A stretch of 64,000 nucleotides of DNA, taken from contig JAZNRO010000049.1 of assembly GCA_045590715.1 (NCBI GenBank), forward strand, positions 1,853 through 65,852, written 5' to 3'. The stretch's first letter is position 1; each line of letters starts with the position of its first letter. Made by a program: the position numbers and the translations under genes. This stretch comes from Eubacteriales bacterium. Its GTDB lineage: Bacteria > Bacillota > Clostridia > Oscillospirales > SIG627. A model generated the notes under the pieces. It was not told the origin of the DNA and did not search any database. It was given only the letters and a program-made list of their open reading frames with translations. Shown piece after piece: positions 1 through 9,496 of the stretch.

Positions 1-404
1 ATAACTGCCCGCGCCCCCAAAATATGATGTGTGTGACAAACTTGAGGAATATATCTTTTCATTCTTTTTTCCATTTCATTTTTAGGAATGAAGCGATAGG
101 CATCCACCTCATAAAGATCTGGCGCCATTTCCAAATGAGAAGTCAGAAACAATATCAGACAACGGGGATTGATCCGGCGCAACATTTGGGCCACTTCGAT
201 CCCGTTGTAATAGGGCATTTCAATATCCAAAATTGCAACATCGAAGAGGGGCGACTCACTTTTTAAAACTTTTGCCAGTTCTTCCATATCAGAATAACCT
301 AAAACAGTGTGATTCCCCACTTCTTTTTGAAATAAATCCGTTACCACATCAACTGTGTGGGAAAGAATCCTTTCATCATCGTCACAAACAATACAGCGAA
401 TCAT
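1..404 (-). CDS. Response regulator receiver (REC) domain protein, partial (C-terminal part lies beyond the window start)
   Basis: Reverse frame is open from ATG at 404-402 to the window edge: MIRCIVCDDDERILSH...FDVAILDIEMPYYNGIEVAQML...LILFLTSH...DAYRFIPK. These are acidic pocket DD, phospho-Asp D-I-E-M-P, T/S and K motifs of REC domains. Absent from the ORF track because there is no stop in the window. Confidence 0.7.
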   Translation of the reverse strand, partial: MIRCIVCDDDERILSHTVDVVTDLFQKEVGNHTVLGYSDMEELAKVLKSESPLFDVAILDIEMPYYNGIEVAQMLRRINPRCLILFLTSHLEMAPDLYEVDAYRFIPKNEMEKRMKRYIPQVCHTHHILGARAV

Positions 405-522
405 ATAAAAACTCCTTGATCTGATAGATTCCCCTATATTATAGCAAAAAAACAGAATTTTTACAATGGTTTGACCCCAAACGGTCTTTTTTTGACCTCC
501 AACGGCGATCTTTTGGCATAAG

Positions 523-556
523 AAAAAACGGACCGAATGATCGGTCCGTTTTTTTG
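523..556. terminator. Orphan bidirectional stem-loop with flanking A-run and T-run
   Basis: Perfect 9-bp stem ACGGACCGA / TCGGTCCGT with loop ATGA, preceded by A6 and followed by T7. It lies between divergent genes, so it terminates no annotated CDS. Confidence 0.5.
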
Positions 557-612
557 ATGCAAAAACCACAAAAAAAATGTGAAAAAACATAATAAAAATA
601 GAAGAAAATCCA

Positions 613-641
613 TTGATTTTTTCGAAATACAATGATAAAAT
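613..641 (+). promoter_or_regulatory. Candidate sigma-A promoter upstream of the LDH/MDH-family gene
   Basis: TTGATT, 17 nt, TAAAAT read directly; about 170 nt upstream of the ATG at 810. Confidence 0.35.
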
Positions 642-809
642 GTAAAAAGCAATGTAAAATGGTGACGAATAGTCGGCTATTTCAAAAAGCGAAAATTGAT
701 CTTTTACATAAAATGAATCTTTGTAAGCAGTGATCTTGCCTAAAGGACAAAGAGTCAAAAATTGAATATATTAAAAAGAACAAATCAAGGATATATAAGG
801 AGAGAAACA

Positions 810-1757
810 ATGCAAAAGAAAGTTACTATTATCGGAGCAGGTGCCGTTGGTTCCACCACAGCCTTTGCTCTTCTTACCAAAGGCGCAGCTTCTGAGGTTG
901 TTCTCATCGATGTGAACCACGAAAAAGCCCTGGGCGAAGCTATGGATATGAACCAGGCTACCCCCTACATTGACAACTGCTGCATTTACGCAGGCAGTTA
1001 TGAAGATGCCGTAGGATCCGACGTCGTTATCATCACCTCCGGCATTGGCAGAAAACCCGGCCAGACCCGTCTGGAACTGGTTCAGACCAACGTAGGAATC
1101 ATCAAGTCCATCTCTACCGAGATCGTAAAATACGCGCCTGATGCCATTTATCTTTTGGTAGCAAACCCCGTAGACATTTTGACCTACGCATTCCTGAAAT
1201 ACACCGGTCTTCCCAAGAACCAGGTATTCGGTACCGGTACGGTTCTTGATACCATCCGACTCCGCACCCGCCTTTCCGAGCTTTACAACGTAAACAAGCA
1301 GCAGGTACACGCAAACGTTCTGGGTGAGCACGGTGATACTTCTCTGGTTGCTTGGTCCACCGCTACCATTGCCGGTGTTCCTCTGGACCAGTACGTTCCC
1401 GCCATTGCCACCCCTTACTTCGAGCCCGAAGTATACACCAAGGAAGACGTTGAGACCTACGTGAGAAAATCCGGCGGTCAGATCATCGCCCGTAAAGGCT
1501 GCACTACCTACGGCATTGCCATTTCCTCCGCCCAGATCGTAAAGACTCTGGCAGGAAGCGCAGAAACCGCTCTTACCGTATCTTCCCTGCACGAAGGGGA
1601 ATACGGCATTTCCGACGTATGCTTAAGTTCTCTTTCTCTGGTTGACAGAACCGGTGTAAAATCCATCATCACCCAGACTCTCACCGACGAAGAACTGGCA
1701 AAACTCCACGCTTCTGCAGAAGCGCTGAAAGAAGTTATCAGAAGCGCCGGTCTGTAA
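810..1757 (+). CDS. L-lactate/malate dehydrogenase family NAD-dependent 2-hydroxyacid dehydrogenase (Arg at the substrate-specificity position)
   Basis: RBS AAGGAGAG precedes ATG 810 (ORF-track start 762 is unlikely). Motifs: IIGAGAVGS Rossmann motif, ANPVDIL, LDTIRLR, LGEHGDT catalytic His. The specificity loop reads SGIGRKPGQTRLEL. Confidence 0.85.
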   Translation: MQKKVTIIGAGAVGSTTAFALLTKGAASEVVLIDVNHEKALGEAMDMNQATPYIDNCCIYAGSYEDAVGSDVVIITSGIGRKPGQTRLELVQTNVGIIKSISTEIVKYAPDAIYLLVANPVDILTYAFLKYTGLPKNQVFGTGTVLDTIRLRTRLSELYNVNKQQVHANVLGEHGDTSLVAWSTATIAGVPLDQYVPAIATPYFEPEVYTKEDVETYVRKSGGQIIARKGCTTYGIAISSAQIVKTLAGSAETALTVSSLHEGEYGISDVCLSSLSLVDRTGVKSIITQTLTDEELAKLHASAEALKEVIRSAGL

Positions 1758-1810
1758 AGAAAAGCGATCAAAGAAAAAGCATTTTCTTTCGGTAAAAAAC
1801 TTGCAAACAA

Positions 1811-1850
1811 AAAAGAAGAAGCAACACGCTTCTTCTTTTTTTATTTTTTT
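1811..1850. terminator. Bidirectional rho-independent terminator between convergent genes
   Basis: Stem AAGAAGAAGC / GCTTCTTCTT, loop AACAC, A-run upstream, T-rich run downstream. Confidence 0.7.
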
Positions 1851-1872
1851 ATATATTAAAATATGAAACAAG

Positions 1873-3231
1873 TTACTGTTCTTCCTTCAAAGATTTCAGT
1901 ACCTTTACCATCAAAAAGCTGGAGATCAGAAGAGTGATCGTATCCGCCACAAGCTGGGTGGAAACCACACCGTAAAGGCCGAAAATGGAGTTTAAAAGGA
2001 AGAGCAAAGGAATATTTACAAGACCCTGACGGCAAACGGAAAGAACAAGAGATTCTCTGCCTTTTCCCATTGCCTGCAGAGAGAAGGTTGCCAGGAGATT
2101 CATAAACATCAAAGGGGTTGCCAGACAGCAGATGCGAAGGAAATTTTCGCCCAGTGCCACAGTTTTTGCATCACCGATAAAGAAGGTAACGATCTCTTTT
2201 GCGAAAATTTCGAAAAAGAACACGCAAATAAGGGAAAAAGCAACACCGGCGATACGGCAGGCGGAAATAACTTTTTTCATTCTTTCTCTATCTCCGGAGC
2301 CGTAGTTATAAGCCACCAGAGGAACCATACCCTGGCAAAGGCCCATGCCTACGTTCAAGGGAAGCATATCGATTTTTTTTACAATGCCCAATGCCGCAAG
2401 TTCAATATCGCCGTAACCGGAAGAAAGCTGATTTAAAAAGACGTTGGAAAGACTGGCAAGGAAAGCCGCCAATGCGGAAGGAATACCGATGGCCAAAATG
2501 TCTTTCACATATCGAAGGCCTTTTAAAATATGGCGGGGAGAAATGGACAAAACGGTTTTTCCCCGAAGGTGACGGAAAACAATGAGAAAATAAACAAGGC
2601 TGATCACGTTAGAAAGGCAAGTTGCCATTGCCGCGCCTGTCACTTCCTGACCTTTGGGAAGAATGAGAAACATAAAAACAGGGTCCAGGATAATATTGAT
2701 GACACCGCCAAGACCCAGACCGATGCTGGCGTATTTCGCATAACCCTCGCTTCTCAAAAGATGCGAAAGGGCCATACTGAGGGTAGCGGGAACACCGCCG
2801 ATCACAATGACGTAAAGCGTATACGAAAAAGCAAAATCATAAGTATTGCTGCTGGCACCTACCGTCTTTAAAATGGGCTCGGAGAAAAACAGACAAGCGG
2901 CCGAATACAAAAGGGTAACGGCGATGGTACCGTAAAAGCTGACGGAAGATACTTTTTTTGCTTCTTCCCCCTGTCCTTTTCCCAAAAGACGGGAGATTAA
3001 GCTACCGCCGCCCACACCGAAAAGGTTAGAAAGGGCGCACATGACAAAAAACAAAACGAAGGCAATGGTAGATGCGGCCACTTTATAAGGGTCATTGGTA
3101 AGACCGATGAAGAAGGTATCCGCCAGATTATAGATCATACTGATCAGCTGACTGATAATGGTGGGAATTGCAAGGGTTGCAAGTGCCTTGGGTACCGGCA
3201 TTTTTTCAAACAGTTCTTTTTTCTTATCCAT
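1873..3231 (-). CDS. MATE family efflux transporter
   Basis: About 450 aa and polytopic. N-terminus MDKKKELFEKMPVPKALATLAIPTIISQLISMIYNLADTFFIG is typical of MATE/NorM. RBS AAGGAAG lies before ATG 3231 (track start 3255 is less likely). Confidence 0.8.
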   Translation of the reverse strand: MDKKKELFEKMPVPKALATLAIPTIISQLISMIYNLADTFFIGLTNDPYKVAASTIAFVLFFVMCALSNLFGVGGGSLISRLLGKGQGEEAKKVSSVSFYGTIAVTLLYSAACLFFSEPILKTVGASSNTYDFAFSYTLYVIVIGGVPATLSMALSHLLRSEGYAKYASIGLGLGGVINIILDPVFMFLILPKGQEVTGAAMATCLSNVISLVYFLIVFRHLRGKTVLSISPRHILKGLRYVKDILAIGIPSALAAFLASLSNVFLNQLSSGYGDIELAALGIVKKIDMLPLNVGMGLCQGMVPLVAYNYGSGDRERMKKVISACRIAGVAFSLICVFFFEIFAKEIVTFFIGDAKTVALGENFLRICCLATPLMFMNLLATFSLQAMGKGRESLVLSVCRQGLVNIPLLFLLNSIFGLYGVVSTQLVADTITLLISSFLMVKVLKSLKEEQ

Positions 3232-3456
3232 ACGGATCTTCCTTTCTGGTTTCAAAAAACAAAGGGGATTATATCACAAAAAAAGACAAAATGCAAGAAA
3301 AGACTACAACAATCTTTCTGCCTTTTTCCCCTTTTTTCTTCCTTTTACTACGGCAAAAACAAAGCCTTTTTTCGCTTTCCGCTTTTTATTTTACAAAAAT
3401 ACATCAAATTATCAAATTTTGGACTAAAAAATGCAAGGTTTTTGTCAAGAAAACTA

Positions 3457-3485
3457 TTGAAAAAAAAACATTTCTTTGATACAAT
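3457..3485 (+). promoter_or_regulatory. Candidate sigma-A promoter of the fumC-hdr-flx-frd operon
   Basis: TTGAAA, 17 nt, TACAAT; 50 nt upstream of the fumC ATG. Confidence 0.5.
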
Positions 3486-3534
3486 ATACTAGATTAGGAA
3501 TGTCGGCTTTCGACCGGCAATAAGGAGGAAATAA

Positions 3535-4911
3535 ATGAACTATCGCATCGAACACGACTCTATGGGCGAAGTGAAGGTTCCCGCAGACAAATATTGGGCT
3601 GCGCAGACCGAAAGAAGCCACGAGAACTTCAAGATCGGCGTTGGCATCGAAACCATGCCCAGAGAAATCACCCGCGCTTTTGGTATTCTGAAAAAAGCGG
3701 CCGCTATGGCAAACCACAATCTGAAGCCGGAAAAGATGACCGCAGAGAAACTGGAAGCCATCAAAACCGCTTGTGATGAAGTGATCTCCGGTTCTTTGAA
3801 CGATCATTTCCCCTTGGTTGTATGGCAGACCGGCAGTGGCACCCAGTCCAACATGAATGCAAACGAAGTCATCGCAAACCGCGGAAACGAGATCGCCGGC
3901 AAAAAGCTTCTCCACCCCAACGATGATATCAATAGGTCCCAGAGCACCAAGGACACCTTCCCCACTGCCATGCACATTGCCGCAGTAGAGATCGTGGAAA
4001 ACAAGCTCTTCCCCGCAATGGACCTTCTCATTTCCACTCTCATCCGTCTGGAAAAAGAAAACGAAGGCATCGTAAAAAGCGGCAGAACCCATCTGCAGGA
4101 CGCTACCCCCGTTACCTTCTCCCAGGAGATCTCCGGCTGGAGAAGCAGTCTGGAAAAGGATAAGGAACTTCTGAAAGCTTCCCTTACCCATCTCCACGAA
4201 CTGGCACTGGGCGGCACCGCCGTTGGTACGGGACTGAACACCCCCAAGGGATTTGATAAAGAAGTAGCAAAGGCTGTTTCCGAAATTACCGGAAAAGAAT
4301 TTGTTACCGCTCCCAATAAATTCCACGCTCTCACTTCCAAAGACGAACTGGTATTTGCTCACGGTGCTATGAAAGCACTGGCAGCAGACCTGATGAAGAT
4401 CGCAAACGATATCCGCTGGCTGGCCAGTGGCCCCACACTTGCTATCGGTGAGATCTTCATTCCCGAAAACGAGCCCGGTTCTTCCATTATGCCCGGTAAG
4501 GTAAACCCCACCCAGTGCGAAGCAGTTACCATGGTAGCCGTACAGGTTATGGGTAACGACGTAGCCGTTGGTATGGCAGCAAGCCAGGGCAACTTTGAAC
4601 TGAACGTGTTTATGCCCGTGTGCATTTACAACTTCCTCCAGTCTGCCCGTCTTCTGGCTGAGTCTATCGTTTCCTTTAATGATAACTGCGTTACCGGAAT
4701 CCGCGCAAACCGCGAAAAGATGCATGCAAACCTCCACAACTCTCTGATGCTGGTAACGGCTCTCAATCCTTACATCGGATATGAAAACGCCGCAAAGACC
4801 GCAAAGAAAGCCTTCAAGGAAAACATTTCCCTGAAAGAAGCTTGCGTGGCCCTGGGCTTTTTGACCGCAGAAAAGTTTGACCAAGTTTTCCATCCTGAAC
4901 AGATGGTTTAA
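3535..4911 (+). CDS. fumC: Class II fumarate hydratase
   Basis: 458 aa. GSSIMPGKVNPTQCE lyase signature, WQTGSGTQSNMNANEVIANR, N-terminus MNYRIEHDSMGEVKVPADKYWAAQTERS. RBS AAGGAGG. Confidence 0.9.
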   Translation: MNYRIEHDSMGEVKVPADKYWAAQTERSHENFKIGVGIETMPREITRAFGILKKAAAMANHNLKPEKMTAEKLEAIKTACDEVISGSLNDHFPLVVWQTGSGTQSNMNANEVIANRGNEIAGKKLLHPNDDINRSQSTKDTFPTAMHIAAVEIVENKLFPAMDLLISTLIRLEKENEGIVKSGRTHLQDATPVTFSQEISGWRSSLEKDKELLKASLTHLHELALGGTAVGTGLNTPKGFDKEVAKAVSEITGKEFVTAPNKFHALTSKDELVFAHGAMKALAADLMKIANDIRWLASGPTLAIGEIFIPENEPGSSIMPGKVNPTQCEAVTMVAVQVMGNDVAVGMAASQGNFELNVFMPVCIYNFLQSARLLAESIVSFNDNCVTGIRANREKMHANLHNSLMLVTALNPYIGYENAAKTAKKAFKENISLKEACVALGFLTAEKFDQVFHPEQMV

Positions 4912-4935
4912 TATAAAATAGAAAGGAACTCTGAT

Positions 4936-5712
4936 ATGGTTTTTCAATACTACCCCGGTTGTACCTTAAGAACCAAGGCAAAAGAACTTGACCGCAAGGC
5001 AAGACTCTGTGCCGAGGCTTTGGGCGTGACCCTGAATGAAACTCCCGAATGGCAGTGCTGCGGCGGTTGTTACCCCGTGGCAAAAGACGAGATCGCGACC
5101 AAGCTTTCCGCTGTCCGCACCATGATGGCAGCGCGTGACGCCGGAATGCCCGTTGTAACCGTTTGCTCTGCTTGTCACAACGTATTAAAGAGAGTCAATA
5201 ACGATATGAAGACCGATGCAGTGATCGCTGATCGCGTTAATCGTTATATGAAGAACGAAACTCCCTACCTGGGAGAAGGCGAAGTTCTTCACTTTATCGA
5301 AATGCTCCGTGACAAAGTGGGATTTGATAAGATCCGTGAAATGGTAAAGAACCCTCTCACCGGAAGAAAGATCGGCGCCTACTACGGCTGTCTGCTCCTC
5401 CGTCCCGGCAAGGTAATGGCATTTGACGATCCCGAAAACCCCACCATCATCGAGGACTTTATCCGCGCACTGGGTGCAGATCCCGTGATCTATCCCTATC
5501 GCAATGAGTGCTGCGGCGCTTACGTGACTCTGGAGAATAAGGAAAGCGCAGTAAAGAAATCCGGCGCTGTCCTCCACTCTGCTGCTGCAAATGGCGCAGA
5601 ATGTGTGATCACCGCTTGTCCCCTTTGCCTTTACAATCTGCAGAAGTCCGGCGGAGAAATTCCTGCCGTCTACTTTACCGAGCTTCTCGCCGAAGCTTTG
5701 GGAATCGAATAA
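4936..5712 (+). CDS. hdrB: Heterodisulfide reductase subunit B-like protein (two CCG domains)
   Basis: 258 aa. YYPGC...CCGG and YYGC...CCGA...ACPLC motifs, i.e. a duplicated CCG (Cys-rich) domain as in HdrB/TfrB/SdhE. Confidence 0.8.
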   Translation: MVFQYYPGCTLRTKAKELDRKARLCAEALGVTLNETPEWQCCGGCYPVAKDEIATKLSAVRTMMAARDAGMPVVTVCSACHNVLKRVNNDMKTDAVIADRVNRYMKNETPYLGEGEVLHFIEMLRDKVGFDKIREMVKNPLTGRKIGAYYGCLLLRPGKVMAFDDPENPTIIEDFIRALGADPVIYPYRNECCGAYVTLENKESAVKKSGAVLHSAAANGAECVITACPLCLYNLQKSGGEIPAVYFTELLAEALGIE

Positions 5713-5721
5713 GGAGGCATT

Positions 5722-6108
5722 ATGGAACAGAAGTTTTTGAAAGAACAGATCCTTCGTATGAGCGGTGTAAACCCCCGCAAGTGTATGAAATGCGGTAAGT
5801 GCAGTGGAACCTGTCCCTCCTACGAGGAAATGGAATTCCATCCCCACCAGTTCGTATACATGGTGGAAAACGGAGATATCGAGCCTTTGATGGCTTCCAA
5901 ATCTCTTTATCAGTGTCTGACCTGCTTTGCCTGTGTGGAGCGTTGCCCCCGTCAGGTAGAGCCTGCAAAACTCATTGAAGCGGTTCGTCTTGCTACCATC
6001 CGTCAGCAGGGCAAGAACCACTTAAAGCCCGACAGTCTCCCCGCTCTTTTAGACGAGGATATGCCTCAGCAGGCACTGGTGTCTGCCATGAGAAAATACG
6101 CAAAATAG
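5722..6108 (+). CDS. hdrC: Heterodisulfide reductase subunit C-like 4Fe-4S ferredoxin
   Basis: 128 aa. CMKCGKCSGTCP and CLTCFACVERCP cluster motifs. 9-nt gap after hdrB, RBS AAGGAGG. Confidence 0.75.
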   Translation: MEQKFLKEQILRMSGVNPRKCMKCGKCSGTCPSYEEMEFHPHQFVYMVENGDIEPLMASKSLYQCLTCFACVERCPRQVEPAKLIEAVRLATIRQQGKNHLKPDSLPALLDEDMPQQALVSAMRKYAK

Positions 6109-6117
6109 GAGGACGAT

Positions 6118-8109
6118 ATGCAAAGAATCGGCGTTTTCGTTTGCTGGTGTGGTAGTAATATCGCCGCAACCGTTGATGTAAAAGCCGTTGCTGAAGCTCT
6201 TTCCAAAGAGCCCGGCGTGGTTTATTACGAAGATTATCAGTACATGTGCTCCGAGGAAGAACAGAACAAGATCAAGAATGCCATCCGTGATTACAAGCTC
6301 ACCGGTGCCGTTGTCTGCTCCTGCTCTCCCCGTATGCACGAAAACACCTTCCGCAAGGCCGCAGCTGCCGCAGGAGTAAACTCCTTTATGGTAGAGATCG
6401 CCAATATCCGTGAGCAGTGCTCCTGGATCCACAAGGATAAACAGAGTGCTACCGAAAAAGCGATCATTCTCGGTAGAGCCGCCATTGCAAAGGTACATTT
6501 GAACACTCCCCTTACCGCCGGAGAAAGCCCGGTCGTAAAGAGAGCATTGGTTATCGGTGGCGGTATCGCCGGTATCCAGACTGCACTTGACATTGCAGAT
6601 GCAGGATTTGAAGTAGACATCGTGGAAAAGAAGCCTACCGTCGGCGGTAAGATGAGCCAGATCGACAAGACCTTTCCCACCCTGGACTGTGCTGCTTGTA
6701 TCCTGACTCCCAAAATGGTAGACGTAGCCCAGAACGAAAAGATCCGCATCTTCGCCTTCAGTGAAGTGGATTCCGTAAAGGGCTTTGTAGGTAACTTTAA
6801 CGTATCCATCCGCCGCAAGGCAAGATACGTTGACGAAGTGAAGTGTACGGGCTGCGGTCTTTGTACCGAAAAGTGCCCCCAGAAAAAGGTTCCCAACGAT
6901 TTCAACTTAGGTCTGGATCAGAAGAGAGCCATTTACATTCCCTTCGCTCAGGCAGTTCCGAAGGTTGCAACCATTGACCCCGACTACTGTACCATGCTGA
7001 AGACCGGCAAGTGCGGTGTCTGCGCCAAGGTTTGTACCGCCGGTGCTATTGACTACAAGCAACAGGATACTTTCGTAGAAGAACAGTACGGTGCTATCGT
7101 AGTTGCAACCGGCTTTAACCCCATTGAACTAAAGAAATACGACGAGTTTGCTTACTCCCAGTCTCCCGACGTTATCACCTCCCTGGAATTTGAACGCATT
7201 ACCAATGCGGCAGGTCCCACCGGCGGCGTACTCCTTCGTCCTTCCGACGGAGAGCATCCTCACAAGATCGTATTCGTTCAGTGTGTCGGTAGCCGTGAAG
7301 ACGGTAACGGTTGCGGTAAGACTTACTGCTCCAAGATCTGCTGTATGTATACCGCAAAGCACGCCATGCTGACCCGCGAAAAATATCCGGATACCGAAGT
7401 TTACGTATTCTACATTGACGTTCGTACTCCCGGTAAGAACTTTGATGAGTTCTACCGCAGAGCCGTAGAAGAATACGGCGTTCACTACATCAAGGGTATG
7501 GTTGGTAAGGTTTCTCCCGAAAACGGAAAACTTATGGTGCGCGCTTCCGATCTGATCGAAGGCAAGCAGATGACCATTGACGCTGACCTTGTGGTTCTGG
7601 CAGCTGCCATTGAGCCCGACAAATCCGCCCGTCCTTTGGCTACCATGCTCACCGCTTCCATGGATACCAACGACTTCTTTACCGAAGCACATCCCAAGCT
7701 CCGTCCTGTAGAAAGCCCCACCGCCGGCATCTTCCTTTCCGGTTGCTGCCAGGGACCCAAGGACATTCCCGAAACCGTTGCCCAGGCTTCCGCTTGTGCC
7801 GCAAAGGTTATCGGACTTCTGGCAAAAGATACCCTTACCTGCAACGCTTGTGTTGCTCATTCTAACGAAATGCTCTGTAACGGATGTTCCTCCTGTGAAA
7901 AGGTATGTCCCTACGGCGCTATCACCTACGAAGAAAAAGAATTCCGTATGCCCGATCGCACCACCAAGGTTCGCAGAGTGGCAAGCGTGAACCCGGCTGT
8001 ATGTCAGGGATGCGGTGCTTGTACTGTTGCTTGTCCCAGCGGTGCTATGGACCTTCACGGATTCTCTAACAGACAAATCATGGCGGAGGTAGATGCAATA
8101 TGCAAGTAG
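6118..8109 (+). CDS. hdrA: Heterodisulfide reductase subunit A-like FAD/Fe-S protein
   Basis: 663 aa. VIGGGIAGIQTALDIADAG FAD fold, hallmark KTFPTLDCAACILTPKM, several CxxCxxCxxxCP ferredoxin motifs. Confidence 0.85.
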   Translation: MQRIGVFVCWCGSNIAATVDVKAVAEALSKEPGVVYYEDYQYMCSEEEQNKIKNAIRDYKLTGAVVCSCSPRMHENTFRKAAAAAGVNSFMVEIANIREQCSWIHKDKQSATEKAIILGRAAIAKVHLNTPLTAGESPVVKRALVIGGGIAGIQTALDIADAGFEVDIVEKKPTVGGKMSQIDKTFPTLDCAACILTPKMVDVAQNEKIRIFAFSEVDSVKGFVGNFNVSIRRKARYVDEVKCTGCGLCTEKCPQKKVPNDFNLGLDQKRAIYIPFAQAVPKVATIDPDYCTMLKTGKCGVCAKVCTAGAIDYKQQDTFVEEQYGAIVVATGFNPIELKKYDEFAYSQSPDVITSLEFERITNAAGPTGGVLLRPSDGEHPHKIVFVQCVGSREDGNGCGKTYCSKICCMYTAKHAMLTREKYPDTEVYVFYIDVRTPGKNFDEFYRRAVEEYGVHYIKGMVGKVSPENGKLMVRASDLIEGKQMTIDADLVVLAAAIEPDKSARPLATMLTASMDTNDFFTEAHPKLRPVESPTAGIFLSGCCQGPKDIPETVAQASACAAKVIGLLAKDTLTCNACVAHSNEMLCNGCSSCEKVCPYGAITYEEKEFRMPDRTTKVRRVASVNPAVCQGCGACTVACPSGAMDLHGFSNRQIMAEVDAICK

Positions 8110-8537
8110 AAAAGAAGTTTGAGCCCACCATCGTAGCATTCTGCTGCAACTGGTGTTCCTACGCAGGCGCTGACCTTTCCGGTACCAACCGTCTTCAGTA
8201 CCCTGCCAACGTAAAGATCATTCGTGTTCCCTGCTCCTGCAGAGTAAACCCCATGTTCATTCTCCGCGCCTTCCAGAGAGGCGCAGACGGTGTTATCCTT
8301 TGCGGATGCCACCCCGGTGACTGTCACTACACCACCGGTAACTACTACGCCCGTCGCCGTATGACTCTCTTCTTCTCCATGCTGAACTTCCTTGGCATCG
8401 AGAAAGACAGAGTTCGTCTGGAATGGGTCAGCGCCGCAGAAGGCGCGAAATTTGCCGCCACCATGAACGAATTTGTTGAAACCGTTACGAAACTTGGTGA
8501 AAACAGAAGATTGGAGGATTTGAGATGCAAAAAGTAA
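8100..8537 (+). CDS. mvhD: MvhD/FlpD-type (FlxD-like) hydrogenase delta-subunit-family Fe-S protein
   Basis: 145 aa. IVAFCCNWCSYAGADLSG...IRVPCSCRV...LCGCHPGDCHY. 10-nt overlap with hdrA. Confidence 0.8.
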   Translation: MQVEKKFEPTIVAFCCNWCSYAGADLSGTNRLQYPANVKIIRVPCSCRVNPMFILRAFQRGADGVILCGCHPGDCHYTTGNYYARRRMTLFFSMLNFLGIEKDRVRLEWVSAAEGAKFAATMNEFVETVTKLGENRRLEDLRCKK

Positions 8538-9493
8538 TTCGTGAAAAAGCCAAAGATCTTCTCTCTTCCGGCAAGGTAGACCGAGTACTGGGCTGGACCG
8601 AAGGCGAATTCTTCTACGACCAGACTCCCGAAGTATTCAAGACCGCGGAAGAAATTGAAAAAGGATTCGTTTATAACGGATTCTCCGGTGCTAACCTTTC
8701 CAAGTACCTGGTAAAGGAAAGCCGCAAAGAAGGAAAGGTTGCCGTTTTCTTAAAACCCTGCGACACTTACTCCTTCAGCCAGCTTTTAAAAGAGCATCGC
8801 ATTGCAAGAGAAAACGTATACGCCGTTGCCATCCCCTGCGAAGGAAAGCTTGACATCGAGCTGATCCGTGCAGAAGGCATCAAGGGTATTACCGCTATCA
8901 CCGAAGAGGGCGACGAAATTGTCATCACCACCCTTTACGGCGAAGAAAAACTGGCAAAAGAAAAAGCACTTGCCGAGCGCTGCAGAAACTGCAAGAGCAA
9001 AAAGCACGTGATCTTTGACGAGATCATCGGCGAAGAAGGCGAAGAGGTTGAATCCGGCCGTTTCGATATGGTAGAAGAGCTTGAAAATATGACCGAAGAA
9101 GAAAGATTTCTCTTCTGGCAGAACGAGCTTTCCCGCTGTATCCGTTGTAACGCCTGCCGTAACGTTTGCCCTGCCTGCACCTGTGAAAAGTGTGTATTTG
9201 ACAATGCCGCTTCCGGTATTGAAAGCAAGGCTCCCGCTTCTTCTTTTGAAGAACAGAACTTCCACATCATCCGCGCCTTCCACGTTGCCGGAAGATGTAC
9301 CGACTGTGGCGAGTGCTCCAGAGTTTGTCCCCAGAGCATTCCCCTGCACCTTTTAAACCGCAAGTTTATCAAAGATATCAACGAGTTCTACGGTGACTAC
9401 CAGGCCGGTAAAAATGCCGATGAACGTTATCCTTTGACCAACTACACCGTGGACGATATGGAACCGTCCGACGCTTTTCAGAAGGGAGAGTAA
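8525..9493 (+). CDS. Cys-rich Fe-S oxidoreductase subunit (FlxC / FrhB-like class)
   Basis: 322 aa. CIRCNACRNVCPACTC and CTDCGECSRVCP motifs. Overlaps the mvhD stop (translational coupling). Confidence 0.6.
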   Translation: MQKVIREKAKDLLSSGKVDRVLGWTEGEFFYDQTPEVFKTAEEIEKGFVYNGFSGANLSKYLVKESRKEGKVAVFLKPCDTYSFSQLLKEHRIARENVYAVAIPCEGKLDIELIRAEGIKGITAITEEGDEIVITTLYGEEKLAKEKALAERCRNCKSKKHVIFDEIIGEEGEEVESGRFDMVEELENMTEEERFLFWQNELSRCIRCNACRNVCPACTCEKCVFDNAASGIESKAPASSFEEQNFHIIRAFHVAGRCTDCGECSRVCPQSIPLHLLNRKFIKDINEFYGDYQAGKNADERYPLTNYTVDDMEPSDAFQKGE

Positions 9494-9496
9494 ACA

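Noticed and set aside
24-424. Plus-strand ORFs 24..266 and 233..424 at the left edge
   Set aside because: The minus strand encodes a convincing REC domain with correctly placed Asp/Thr/Lys motifs, ending at an ATG at 404. The plus-strand products have no features.
560-810. Rex-type (TTGTGAA-N6-TTCACAA) redox operator upstream of the dehydrogenase gene
   Set aside because: Only a single half-site-like ATGTGAA (about 577) is present, with no matching inverted partner.
3454-4947. 497-aa ORF on the minus strand spanning the whole fumC locus
   Set aside because: It is antisense to an unmistakable fumC (lyase signature, strong RBS). The translation is low-complexity (G/V/F/H-rich) with no recognisable motif or RBS. 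This is a typical shadow ORF.
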